Below, piece by piece: positions 28,215 to 37,353 of a stretch of 64,000 bases of DNA. The translations under genes and the position numbers were made by a program. The stretch is from Candidatus Spongiisociaceae bacterium (GTDB taxonomy: Bacteria; Actinomycetota; Acidimicrobiia; Spongiisociales; Spongiisociaceae), in NCBI GenBank assembly GCA_965262915.1, contig OZ253564.1:2144001-2208000 (forward strand). The letters are read 5' to 3'. Positions within the stretch are counted from its first letter, which is position 1, and each line of letters opens with the position of its first letter. The notes beneath the pieces are model-generated. The model had not been told where the DNA came from. It saw only the letters and a program-made list of their open reading frames with translations, and searched no databases.

Positions 28215-30311
28215 GTGCAGCTGAAAGCACCGTTGGTAGAGCCCGGCGCCAGTTCCGTTCTCCAACTGGAGGTGGTAAAGCCGTACCGCGTGATCGTTTC
28301 GGGTGACGGTGCGTGGGTGGAGGACTCCAGCGGCAAGCGATACCTCGACGCCATGAGCGGTGGCTCGATGGCGGCCACCCTCGGCCACGGTCGAAGCGAC
28401 CTGATCGAGGTGGCCTGGGAACAGTCCCGCCGGGCCGGCTACCTCGACAACAACCGTCTGACCAACCCCTGGCAGGAAGCCCTGGCCGCAGAGTTGGTAG
28501 AACTGGGACCGCCCGGGTTCTCGAGGGCGCGATTCGTCACGGGCGGGTCGGAGGCCAACGAAGCCGCCATCCGCGCCGCCCGCATGTACCACGTCACCCG
28601 GGGCGAGCCGCAGCGGTGGCAGATCATCTCGCCGGCCCAGTCCTATCACGGCCCCACGATGCAGACCCTCGCCCTCACCGGCCGGCCCGGACTGCACGGC
28701 GCCTTCGGTCCCTACCTGAGCCGCCACCGGCACATCCCGCCCGCCACCCGGCGCTTCGACCCTACGGGACAGCAGGCCCTCGATGCGCTGGACGAGGCAT
28801 TGGAGCAAGTCGGCCCCGAGAACGTATCGACCTACTTCTGCGAGCCGATCAGCGCCGCTTCGCTACCTGCGTACTCGCCCCCCGCGCGGTTCTGGGAGGG
28901 TCTGGCGGAGCGGCGCGAGCGGTACGGGTTCCTCGTCTGCTTCGACGAGGTGGTCACGGGAGTGGGGAGGACCGGTAACTGGTTCGCCGCCAACGACCTC
29001 CCCATCGTTCCCGACATGATCGCCACGGCCAAGGGGCTGGGAGCCGGCTACACGGCCATCGGGGCGGTCCTCTATGCGGCTCATGTCTACGAAGCCATCG
29101 CCGCCGGGACGGACTCCTTCAGCCTGGGTCACACATGGGACGGCTCTCCGCTGCCCTGCGCCGTGGGTCTGGCGGTGCTCGGAGTCCTCAAATCGGAAGG
29201 CTGGATCGACCATGTGGCGAGTCGGGGCCCGTCGCTGCGTCGGGAGTTGGAGGCGGCCTTGGAGGGGAACGATCTCGTGGGAGAGGTGCGGGGACGGGGC
29301 TACCTGCTGGGCATCGACTTCGTGGACCCCCGAGACGGTCAATCCTTCCTTCCCCCCGAGCTGGGAGTGGCGGGCCGGATCGAGCGAGCCGCGGCTCGCA
29401 ACGGTCTGCTGGTGCTCGGCACCCAACCCACCCGGGACGGCTTCGCGGGCGACCAGCACCTCTTCGCGCCGCCCTTCCCCACCCCGGATGCGGACCTGGC
29501 GGGGATGGTGGAGCGCATGGCGACCGCTGTGGGCGAGGTGGCTGCCGAGGTGAGGGACGAACTCGGTGGGACCCTGTCGCCCGGGGGCGGTCCTTCCGAT
29601 TCGCCCTCACGGCTGCGCGTGCTGATCGTCCAGCACGAGGAGCCCACCCCGGCCGGGTTCGTCCATGAGTGGTTGGTGGACCAGGGCGCCGACGTGGAGA
29701 TCTACCGCATCGACCTCGAGCAACGCCGTGTCGATCCCACTCGCTACGACCTCATCGTCTCGCTCGGGTCGGAATTCGCCGCATTCGACGATTCGATCCC
29801 CTGGATCGACCGGGAGAAGGACCTATTGGTGGAAGCCTACGGGGCCGATGTTCCGATCCTGGGCCTCTGCTTCGGTGGCCAGCTACTCGCCAGGGTCCTT
29901 GGTGGCGATTCCTATCGGGGAGAGCTATCGGAAGTCGGTTGGTTACCGGTTCGGACCCTTGATGAGGATCTCGTGCCCCGAGGTCCCTGGTTCCAGTGGC
30001 ACTTCGACACCTTCTCCGTACCGCCGGGCGGCGAACTCGTAGCCGACAGCGAGGCCGGTCCCCAGGCGTTCGTGATGGGCCGCAGTCTCGGGGTCCAGTT
30101 CCACCCGGAGATCACCAACGAGATCATGGACGATTGGGTTGCGGTCTACCGCCACGAACTCGACGATGAAGGAGTGGATCCCGACGCCCTGCTGGAGGAG
30201 ACCAGGCAGCTGGCCGCCGAATCGCGGGCCGTCGCTGCACAGATGCTGGAGCGATTCGCCGAGGACATAGCCGGCTTGGCTCTCCCGATACGAGGCGAGT
30301 GCGGATCATGA
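28215..30311 (+). CDS. Class III aminotransferase fused to C-terminal class I glutamine amidotransferase domain
   Basis: YLDA.SG, GGSEANE, SYHG, DEVVTG.GRTG, AKGL, GHT; then GLCFGGQ and QFHPE; GTG after GGAGG. Confidence 0.88.
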   Translation: MQLKAPLVEPGASSVLQLEVVKPYRVIVSGDGAWVEDSSGKRYLDAMSGGSMAATLGHGRSDLIEVAWEQSRRAGYLDNNRLTNPWQEALAAELVELGPPGFSRARFVTGGSEANEAAIRAARMYHVTRGEPQRWQIISPAQSYHGPTMQTLALTGRPGLHGAFGPYLSRHRHIPPATRRFDPTGQQALDALDEALEQVGPENVSTYFCEPISAASLPAYSPPARFWEGLAERRERYGFLVCFDEVVTGVGRTGNWFAANDLPIVPDMIATAKGLGAGYTAIGAVLYAAHVYEAIAAGTDSFSLGHTWDGSPLPCAVGLAVLGVLKSEGWIDHVASRGPSLRRELEAALEGNDLVGEVRGRGYLLGIDFVDPRDGQSFLPPELGVAGRIERAAARNGLLVLGTQPTRDGFAGDQHLFAPPFPTPDADLAGMVERMATAVGEVAAEVRDELGGTLSPGGGPSDSPSRLRVLIVQHEEPTPAGFVHEWLVDQGADVEIYRIDLEQRRVDPTRYDLIVSLGSEFAAFDDSIPWIDREKDLLVEAYGADVPILGLCFGGQLLARVLGGDSYRGELSEVGWLPVRTLDEDLVPRGPWFQWHFDTFSVPPGGELVADSEAGPQAFVMGRSLGVQFHPEITNEIMDDWVAVYRHELDDEGVDPDALLEETRQLAAESRAVAAQMLERFAEDIAGLALPIRGECGS

Positions 30312-30337
30312 GTTCATCGACCGGAGGGAGTAACCGG

Positions 30338-31690
30338 ATGACCATCGACGCGGCATCCACCAGCGTATTCCCGAAGTACCTGGATAGGGGCTACCCGAGC
30401 ATCCAACGTGCCCGCGGTGTCTGGCTTCACACGACCGGCGGGAGGAGGATCCTCGACGCCTGCTCGGGAGGTACGATGGCGGGAGGCCTCGGCCACGGGG
30501 TCGAGGAGATCGTGGACGCCGCCGCCGCCGGGCTGGGTGACATCGTCTACTACTACGCCCATCACTTCACCAACCTGCCGCAGGAGCGGCTGGCGGCCCG
30601 TCTCGTGGAGCTAGCGCCGGAGATGGCCAGGGTCCGCTTCCTGAGCGGAGGTTCGGAAGCCAATGAGACCGCGCTGCGTCTGGCCCGCCAGTACCACGTG
30701 GATCGTGGCGAGAGCGGGCGATGGCGGGTCATCTCACCGGCCCAGGCCTACCACGGCGCCACGATGGCCACCCTCGCCCTGGTCGGTCGCCCGGGCATGC
30801 AGGCGCCCTTCGGTCCCTACCTGTCCGAGCACCTCCACATCCCACCCTGTACGGAGCGCTTCGACCCGACCGGCGAGGCAGCCCTGGACGCTCTGGACGA
30901 GGCGTTGGAGCAGGCCGGTCCCGAGAACGTGTCTGCATTCTTCTGCGAGCCGGTCAGCGCGGCTTCCCTACCCGGCTACTCGCCCCCGACCCGTTTCTGG
31001 GAGGGGCTGGCCGAGCGGCGGGACCGGTACGGCTTCCTGGTCTGCTTCGACGAGGTGGTTACCGGCGTCGGGCGCACAGGACGCTGGTTTGCCTACCAGG
31101 GCTTGCCGATCACCCCCGACATAGTGACCATCGGCAAGATGCTGGGAGGCGGCTACTTCCCGCTTGCCGCCACCATGTGCCGTGAACCGGTGTATGACGC
31201 CCTGGCGTCCGGTTCGAAGGACTTCGACCTGGGGCACACGTGGGACGGTGCCCCGCTCGGCTGTGCGGTCGGCCTCGCGGTGCTCGACTACATCGAAGCA
31301 CATGGTCTGGTCGAGCGGGTGGCCGAGAGGGGTCCGTCGGTGCTCGAACAGTTGCGGTCGGCCCTCGAGGGCTACGCGATCGTGGGCGAGGTCCGGGGCC
31401 GCGGGTTCCTGATGGGTGTCGAATATGTGGATCCGCGGGACGGTTCCTCCATCCCGCCCGAATCGCTGGAAATAGCCGGACGGATCGACACCTGTTCGAT
31501 GGACAACGATCTCGTCGTGATGTCTACGCATCCCAACGCCGATGGCTACGCGGGGGACCAGACGGTCTTTGCGCCCGCGCTCACTGCCACGGACGAGGAG
31601 CTGGCCGAGATGATCGAGCGGTTCGCTCGCGTGGTGGGGGAGGTCGACAGGACGGTGAGAGACCGCGTGGCGAACGGAGGAACGATATGA
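30338..31690 (+). CDS. Class III aminotransferase (alternative start 30308)
   Basis: SGGSEANE, AYHG, DEVVTGVGRTG, GKMLGGGYFP, GHTW. Confidence 0.93.
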   Translation: MTIDAASTSVFPKYLDRGYPSIQRARGVWLHTTGGRRILDACSGGTMAGGLGHGVEEIVDAAAAGLGDIVYYYAHHFTNLPQERLAARLVELAPEMARVRFLSGGSEANETALRLARQYHVDRGESGRWRVISPAQAYHGATMATLALVGRPGMQAPFGPYLSEHLHIPPCTERFDPTGEAALDALDEALEQAGPENVSAFFCEPVSAASLPGYSPPTRFWEGLAERRDRYGFLVCFDEVVTGVGRTGRWFAYQGLPITPDIVTIGKMLGGGYFPLAATMCREPVYDALASGSKDFDLGHTWDGAPLGCAVGLAVLDYIEAHGLVERVAERGPSVLEQLRSALEGYAIVGEVRGRGFLMGVEYVDPRDGSSIPPESLEIAGRIDTCSMDNDLVVMSTHPNADGYAGDQTVFAPALTATDEELAEMIERFARVVGEVDRTVRDRVANGGTI

Positions 31691-32979
31691 CCTGGACGCC
31701 TTCCGACGACGGCTTCGTACTGCTCGGCATGCCTGATGTGCATGGCTCCATCCGGGGCAAGGCGCACCGACCCGGTGCCTTCCGGTCGGCGGTCGAGAAG
31801 GGCACGGTGATGACCGACCTGTGGCTGGGCCTGGATCCGGTCGACATGCCGATCACCGACTACCAGGACTACGGGATCAACACGGGCGCCCCTGACCTCC
31901 TGCTGGCGCCGGACCCCGACACGCTCCGCCCGCTGGCGTGGAGACCGGGGTGGGGGATCTGCCTGGCCGACCCGAGCTGGCCGGACGGTTCCAGATGCAG
32001 GCTGGCTTCCCGCGAGGTGCTGCGCGACGTCCTCGCCGACCTGGCCGACCTCGGCTATGAGGTGATGGCCGGCTTCGAGTACGAGGTACGGATCTTCGAC
32101 GGGGCGGGCCAACCCCTTTCGACGGGTCTCAGCTACAGCCTGGGGGAGATCGGCCGTTTCGACCGGCTGCTGGAGGTGCTGGTGCCGGCTCTCGAGGGTC
32201 TCGGGGTGAACCTCGAAGCGGTCCACACCGAAGCGGGTCCGGGGTTGCTCGAGCTGAACATCTCGGCGCGGCGGGGTCTGGCGGCCGCCGACGACGCCGC
32301 CTTGCTCAAGTTCGCGGTCAAGGACGTAGCAGCTTCCCTGGGTCTCACCGCCAGCTTCCTGGCCAAGACCATGCCGCTCGAGGAGGGATCGAGCGGGCAT
32401 GTCCACCTGTCGTTCTGGCAAGGAGAGGAGAACGCCTTCGCCCCCGATGCCGAGGGAGAGTTCCCCGATACGTGCATGGCCGCAGTAGGAGGCCTTCTCG
32501 ACCATCTCGCCGCCGCGTCCCTCCTGGTGAACCCCACCGTCAACTCCTACAAGCGCCTGGTTCCCGGTTACTTCGCGCCGGTGAACGTGAGTTGGGGATA
32601 CGAGAACCGCTCCACGTCGGTGCGTGCCATCCGGGGTGACCGCCCCGCTCGTTCCCGCCTGGAGTGTCGCCGTCCCGGCGCCGACGCCAACCCCTACCTG
32701 GCCCTGGCGGCGCTGGTTGCGTCGGCCATCATCGGGATCAGGGATGGGGTGGAGCCGCCGGCGCCCGAGACCCAGGATGTCTCCGAGAGGGCCGACCTGC
32801 CGCCGCTGCCCAACTCCCTGGAGAGTGCCCTCAGAGCTTTTCGCGCCGATACCGCTTTGCGGGAGGCATTGGGCACGGATTTCAGCGGCTACTACGACAT
32901 ATCAAGGGCCTGGGAGCTAAGTGCCTGGCAGAAGAGCGTCAGCGACTGGGAGCGGGAACGCTACACCCGAGCCGTCTAG
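31687..32979 (+). CDS. Glutamine synthetase-like protein (gamma-glutamyl ligase, PuuA/PauA-like)
   Basis: D.HG..RGK, E.E, H.E.GPG..E, GSSGH.H.S, NSYKRL..G..AP, NR, E.R.PG.D.NPY. Confidence 0.9.
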   Translation: MTWTPSDDGFVLLGMPDVHGSIRGKAHRPGAFRSAVEKGTVMTDLWLGLDPVDMPITDYQDYGINTGAPDLLLAPDPDTLRPLAWRPGWGICLADPSWPDGSRCRLASREVLRDVLADLADLGYEVMAGFEYEVRIFDGAGQPLSTGLSYSLGEIGRFDRLLEVLVPALEGLGVNLEAVHTEAGPGLLELNISARRGLAAADDAALLKFAVKDVAASLGLTASFLAKTMPLEEGSSGHVHLSFWQGEENAFAPDAEGEFPDTCMAAVGGLLDHLAAASLLVNPTVNSYKRLVPGYFAPVNVSWGYENRSTSVRAIRGDRPARSRLECRRPGADANPYLALAALVASAIIGIRDGVEPPAPETQDVSERADLPPLPNSLESALRAFRADTALREALGTDFSGYYDISRAWELSAWQKSVSDWERERYTRAV

Positions 32980-33088
32980 TCTCGGTCACTGAAGTGACGC
33001 TCGCTCGGCTGATACCCGACGCAGATGTGGACGGAACCATCGGAGATACCGTCCGAACACCGACCCGATCCAGCGATGGAGTTGAGCA

Positions 33089-33514
33089 ATGCCGGACACG
33101 GTAAGGAGAGCGCTTGGAGGGGCGTTGTTTGCCTACGCCGTCATCTACGCGGTACAGGTTGTCTTCAACATCTTCTATTCCGGTCTGCTCCCCCGCATGG
33201 AGGTGTACCGGGTCATGAACTACTTCACGGCGGTGGGCATTCTGGTATCCGTTGTCGTCGTCTGGAGACACAAGCTGGAAACGGACGATCCGGACACGGC
33301 GCCTGGCCGGCAGCTGGCGGCTCAGGCCGGGTTCTACTGCACTCTGGCCCTGGCCATATGGTTCTTCACCCTCTGGTTCCAGTTGCTCACCCTGGGTGAC
33401 GGCGAGTCCTTGAGCGAGGCCGACAACGTTGCGTGGTACCTCGTCTCCGTGCTCAACCCGCTGGTGCTTGGAACCACCGGCGCCCACCTCAGGAAATCGG
33501 CAGGCGCTCGATGA
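33089..33514 (+). CDS. Hypothetical membrane protein (about 4 TM helices)
   Basis: Four hydrophobic segments; GGAG upstream. Confidence 0.7.
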   Translation: MPDTVRRALGGALFAYAVIYAVQVVFNIFYSGLLPRMEVYRVMNYFTAVGILVSVVVVWRHKLETDDPDTAPGRQLAAQAGFYCTLALAIWFFTLWFQLLTLGDGESLSEADNVAWYLVSVLNPLVLGTTGAHLRKSAGAR

Positions 33515-33714
33515 AGAAGGTTGCCGACGAGCAGGTAATACTCGACAGGTAGGGCCGGATGGGGTCGCTGGTATTGGAGGAACCGGACGGGAGTGTCGTC
33601 CTTAGGGGCACCAAGACCAGCAAGTGCTCCTGGAAGCAAACCTACCCTGCAATGGCTGCCGAGGGAGAGGACTGGAGCGACTTCGACATCACTGCCGCTG
33701 ACGACCTGTGGTGA
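33511..33714 (+). pseudogene. Degenerate AbrB/MazE-like antitoxin
   Basis: ...DR*GRMGSLVLEE...VVLRG...SWKQTY.AMAAEGEDWSDFD.TAAD.L with internal TAG; TGATG coupling to toxin remnant. Confidence 0.55.
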
Positions 33715-33888
33715 TGACGGACTTCCCCGAGCGGTGCGCCGTCCACTTCGCCGGTCTCAACCTTGCGGTCGGAAGTAAGACCGCAAAGGTTCGTCCTGTT
33801 GTGATAGCCGGCCGGAACGAGATGAGCAGGTTGATGAGCTTTGTTGTGGTTTGCTCTTCACCTCTACGCTGCTCCACCCGGGCTGCAC
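33714..33888 (+). pseudogene. Degenerate, truncated MazF/PemK toxin
   Basis: P.R..V.FA.L...VGS...K.RPVVI...NEM.R....VVVC, then frameshift and truncation. Confidence 0.65.
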
Positions 33889-35148
33889 TCATCTGTAGGG
33901 AGCCGTGTCGGTGCCGGGTGACTTGACCATTCGGCCACCCTTCCAGACCATGGTGATCTGAGAGGAGTCTCCGAGGACCGAGATGTTGTCCAGTGGGTTG
34001 GTGGCGACCGCGATCACATCGGCGTCGTAGCCTTCGGCCAGCAAACCGGTCTTGGGCGCCCGAGGGCCGAGGGTCAGCGGACCGTTGGCGGTGGCCGCCT
34101 CGATTGCCTGTATCGGGGTCATGCCGGCCTTGACCAAGGCGGCGAGTTCCAGACCGTTAGTGCCCCAAGGTCCGCCACTCACCATGATGTCGGCCCCGGT
34201 GGCGATGGGGATTCCCGAGGCGATGGCGAGTCGCATCGCGGCGGAATGCGTCCGCTCGACCTTGGCCTGAGCCTGCCATGCCCAGTCCGGGATCTGGCCC
34301 TTGAGCGACACCAGGTACTCGACGGCGTGGCGGGTCGGAACCGCCATGGTCCCCATCTCGAGCATCAACTCGGCCGTCTCCTGATCGAGAGTGCTGCAGT
34401 GTTCGATGGTCTTGACGCCGGCCCGGGCAGCCGCTGCAACTCCCGCTAGTCCGTGGCAGTGGGCTCCCACCGCCATCTCGGCCATGGCGGCCTCCTCGAC
34501 GATGGCCCGCAGTTCCTTGTCGTTGAACTGGCGGTGGTCCGGATGGTCGAAATGGCTCATGGTGCCGCCCGTGGCGTTGATCTTGATGACCTTGGCACCG
34601 ACCCGGATCTGGCGCCGGACAGCCTTGATGCACTCCGCCACCCCGTCGCAGACGGCCACCCAACCCACGCCCGAAGCGGCCAGGTCGTCCCGCCAGGACT
34701 CGGGCATCCAGTGGATGTCGCTGTGCCCGGCGGTGGGCCCGAGTGCCGACCCTGCGCCGTATATGTTGGGTCCGATGAGCGTTCCCTCGTCGGCCAGCCG
34801 CCCCAGGTGGACACCCATACCTCCCATCTCGCGGGTGCTGGTGAACCCCGCCATCAGGAGCGTGTGCGCGTCGCGGGCCGCCCGCACTGCCAGCATGGGC
34901 AGCGGGGTGGTGGCCAATTGCGTTAGATCGGCTGACTCGGTCCCGAAGAAATGGGAGTGGCAGTCCCACATGCCGGGCATGACCACCGGCACGTGATGGG
35001 TCTCGCTGCGCGGGGTCTCGGGTGCATCCGCCCGCGTCCCCGCGTAGGCGATGGTCTCGCCGTCGATCACCAGGCACCCGTCGGGTACCGGATCGCCCCG
35101 TCCCGGAATCAGCAGACTGGCCTCTATGCGTATCGAATCGGTTGTCAC
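33889..35148 (-). CDS. Metal-dependent amidohydrolase (prolidase-like)
   Basis: MPGMWDCHSH, GFT..REMG, GHSD, IKI.ATGG, AHCHG, TIEH, G.DAD; GTG after GGAGG. Confidence 0.92.
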   Translation of the reverse strand: MTTDSIRIEASLLIPGRGDPVPDGCLVIDGETIAYAGTRADAPETPRSETHHVPVVMPGMWDCHSHFFGTESADLTQLATTPLPMLAVRAARDAHTLLMAGFTSTREMGGMGVHLGRLADEGTLIGPNIYGAGSALGPTAGHSDIHWMPESWRDDLAASGVGWVAVCDGVAECIKAVRRQIRVGAKVIKINATGGTMSHFDHPDHRQFNDKELRAIVEEAAMAEMAVGAHCHGLAGVAAAARAGVKTIEHCSTLDQETAELMLEMGTMAVPTRHAVEYLVSLKGQIPDWAWQAQAKVERTHSAAMRLAIASGIPIATGADIMVSGGPWGTNGLELAALVKAGMTPIQAIEAATANGPLTLGPRAPKTGLLAEGYDADVIAVATNPLDNISVLGDSSQITMVWKGGRMVKSPGTDTAPYR

Positions 35149-35211
35149 ATCTTCCTCCCCGGACCGCACGATAGGCTTGATCGCCCGCTGTTTGCGACGA
35201 GGGGATCCCCT

Positions 35212-35646
35212 TTGCGAGTCAAGAGGAAGGTCTTCATCAACCGGAACGTGGACGTGGTGTTCGGGTACCTGGCCTCGCCCGTAAACGAGCCGCGGTGGCG
35301 GGGGAGCGTGCTGCGAAACACACCCGACGAACCGGTTGTTCTCCGGCTGGGGTCCACGGGCGACAGCCTGATCCGGTTCATGGGCCGCGAGGTGGATGTC
35401 CCCTGGGAGATAGTGGAATTCGTCGACGACGCTCGGCTGTGCCGGGAGTACAAGTCGCGTGTCCGGGGGGGACGGGATCTCTATGTGTTGCAGCCGTTCG
35501 GGATCGGGTCCACCATCGTCGAGGTTGAGGTACAGGTCGAGGTCGCCGGTCTGGTGGGCTTGCTCACCACGAGCCGGCGCTCCTCGATGGAGCGCGAACT
35601 GCGAGCCGACCTCCAACGACTGAAAGCAGTCCTCGAAACCAGCTGA
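35212..35646 (+). CDS. SRPBCC (polyketide cyclase/dehydrase-like) protein
   Basis: V.INR.VD.VF.YL....N.PRW ... ADLQRLK.VLE; TTG after GAGGGG. Confidence 0.75.
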   Translation: MRVKRKVFINRNVDVVFGYLASPVNEPRWRGSVLRNTPDEPVVLRLGSTGDSLIRFMGREVDVPWEIVEFVDDARLCREYKSRVRGGRDLYVLQPFGIGSTIVEVEVQVEVAGLVGLLTTSRRSSMERELRADLQRLKAVLETS

Positions 35647-35894
35647 CCGTCGAGCAGAAAAACGTTACCTAGCCGGCCGCCGGTAGCTTTGATCTGGGGT
35701 TGGGGGGATCTGATCCCTGCGCGCATGTAGGACTTGCTGATGGTCGTAGCGAAGTTGATCCGCCGGGTCTCAGCGATACTGGAGACGGACCAGTTGGGGT
35801 GATGATCCGTTTTCCGATTCTCCGCGTCGGGTAGACGGCTCCGTAGCGGGAGTCATACGTTTTACATGATCTAGTGATATTTACAGGTTGGATG

Positions 35895-35944
35895 TGTCAC
35901 AGGGCCGTGGTACAACTTACATCATGGATAACGAACACACGTTC
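35895..35944 (+). promoter_or_regulatory. PafBC-like promoter (35895-35916) and LexA SOS box (35932-35945)
   Basis: TGTCAC-N10-TACAAC-N7-ATG; CGAAC-ACAC-GTTCG. Confidence 0.7.
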
Positions 35945-37213
35945 GCTCTCGTCAGGGACACCACGGGCACCAACACTGCGACCGGCCCGGCATCCGACCA
36001 GTCGGTCAACGACGCCGTCGAGCGGATCAGAGTCGCGCTCGCGGAGTTGAACCAGGTGCGGATAGGTCCCATGTCCCGGCCCGAAGCGCACCGCACGCTG
36101 GGACTGCTGAGTCAGGCTCAATCGGTGGTCACCTCTTTGATGTGTGACGTAGGCCGCCAGGTCGCCGACACCGAGCCTGATAGTGATCCTGCCGAGGTGC
36201 TGCGGCAAGGAGCGCGCCTGCCGAGCCGGGAATCCAAGCGGATGGCGAAGGTAGCCCGGCAGCTGTCGGAAATGCCCAAAGTCCGGGAACGCTTCTCGAC
36301 CGGTGACATCACCCCGACCCATGTCAACGCGCTGGCCAACGCGGCGGAGAAGGTCGGACCCGACGCAGTGGAAACCGACGAGGGGCTGTTGGAGGCCGCC
36401 GACCAGATGTCGCCGGACAGTTTCAACCGGCACGCCCGGAAGTGGTCCGACCGCAAGCTCATCGAAGCGGGTCTCGACCCGCTCGAGCGGCAGCGGCGGG
36501 CTCGCGAAGCCAAGCTATGGGTGGAGAAGGAAACCGGGCTCGGAGTGCTCATGGCGAAGGTCCCTCGACCCCAGTTCGAACACTTCCGCCAAGCCATCGA
36601 CAGCCACTACATGCGCCTTGTACGGCAGGACGGAACCGACAGCCCCGATCCCGACCAAGTGCGCACCCCCACCCAGCGTCTCGCCGATGTGGTGTTCGAA
36701 CTGGTAACCAACCGCAACGCGGTCACCGGCGAATTCGTCACCGAGAACGTTGGGATCAGGGCCAAGGCCTCCACCCAGCTAATCCTCGTCGCCTCCGTAG
36801 GTGTGCTGGACGGCACCGACCCCGGTGGGCAGATCGAGATGATCGGGGTCGGCCCCGTGCCCCGCCACATCCTCGCAACGCTGTCCCCGGACACCGAACT
36901 GGCCGGCATGATCTTCAACCGGGCAGGCCGTCCGCTCTGGTTAGGCCGGAACCAGCGCCTCGGCAACGCAGCCCAACGATTGGCGGTTGCCGTACGAGAC
37001 GGCGGATGCTTCGACTGCGGCGCCCCGATGCACCGATGCGAACTCCACCACATCCGCGAATGGCACCGCGACCGTGGCCGAACCGACATCCACAATCTTG
37101 TCGCCGTCTGCCGCCGGCACCACAGGTGGCTGGATACCAACAACCTCGTAGTCCGGCGAACCCCCAACGGCTACCAGACCCGACCCCGAGCCGGACCAAG
37201 CCCGCCGGGATGA
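35924..37213 (+). CDS. DUF222 domain / HNH endonuclease protein (13E12-repeat-like)
   Basis: R...QR.AD, PLWLGR.QRL....QR.A...RDGGC..CG, CELHH..EW....G.TD..NL...C..HH. Confidence 0.9.
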   Translation: MDNEHTFALVRDTTGTNTATGPASDQSVNDAVERIRVALAELNQVRIGPMSRPEAHRTLGLLSQAQSVVTSLMCDVGRQVADTEPDSDPAEVLRQGARLPSRESKRMAKVARQLSEMPKVRERFSTGDITPTHVNALANAAEKVGPDAVETDEGLLEAADQMSPDSFNRHARKWSDRKLIEAGLDPLERQRRAREAKLWVEKETGLGVLMAKVPRPQFEHFRQAIDSHYMRLVRQDGTDSPDPDQVRTPTQRLADVVFELVTNRNAVTGEFVTENVGIRAKASTQLILVASVGVLDGTDPGGQIEMIGVGPVPRHILATLSPDTELAGMIFNRAGRPLWLGRNQRLGNAAQRLAVAVRDGGCFDCGAPMHRCELHHIREWHRDRGRTDIHNLVAVCRRHHRWLDTNNLVVRRTPNGYQTRPRAGPSPPG

Positions 37214-37353
37214 TCTCCCGCGCGGAGATCTGACATCTCACCACGAGCACCCCAGGCCCAATCTCGGCGGATACAGGAATGTTTCCCCTCTTGGATCAGG
37301 GGGGTGGAGGGTTACCGTCCGCCCGTGTGCCCGCAGCGGAGTTGGGCGACGCG

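Noticed and set aside
35650-35890. Possible gene remnant or ncRNA before the HNH gene
   Set aside because: No motif, RBS or convincing structure.
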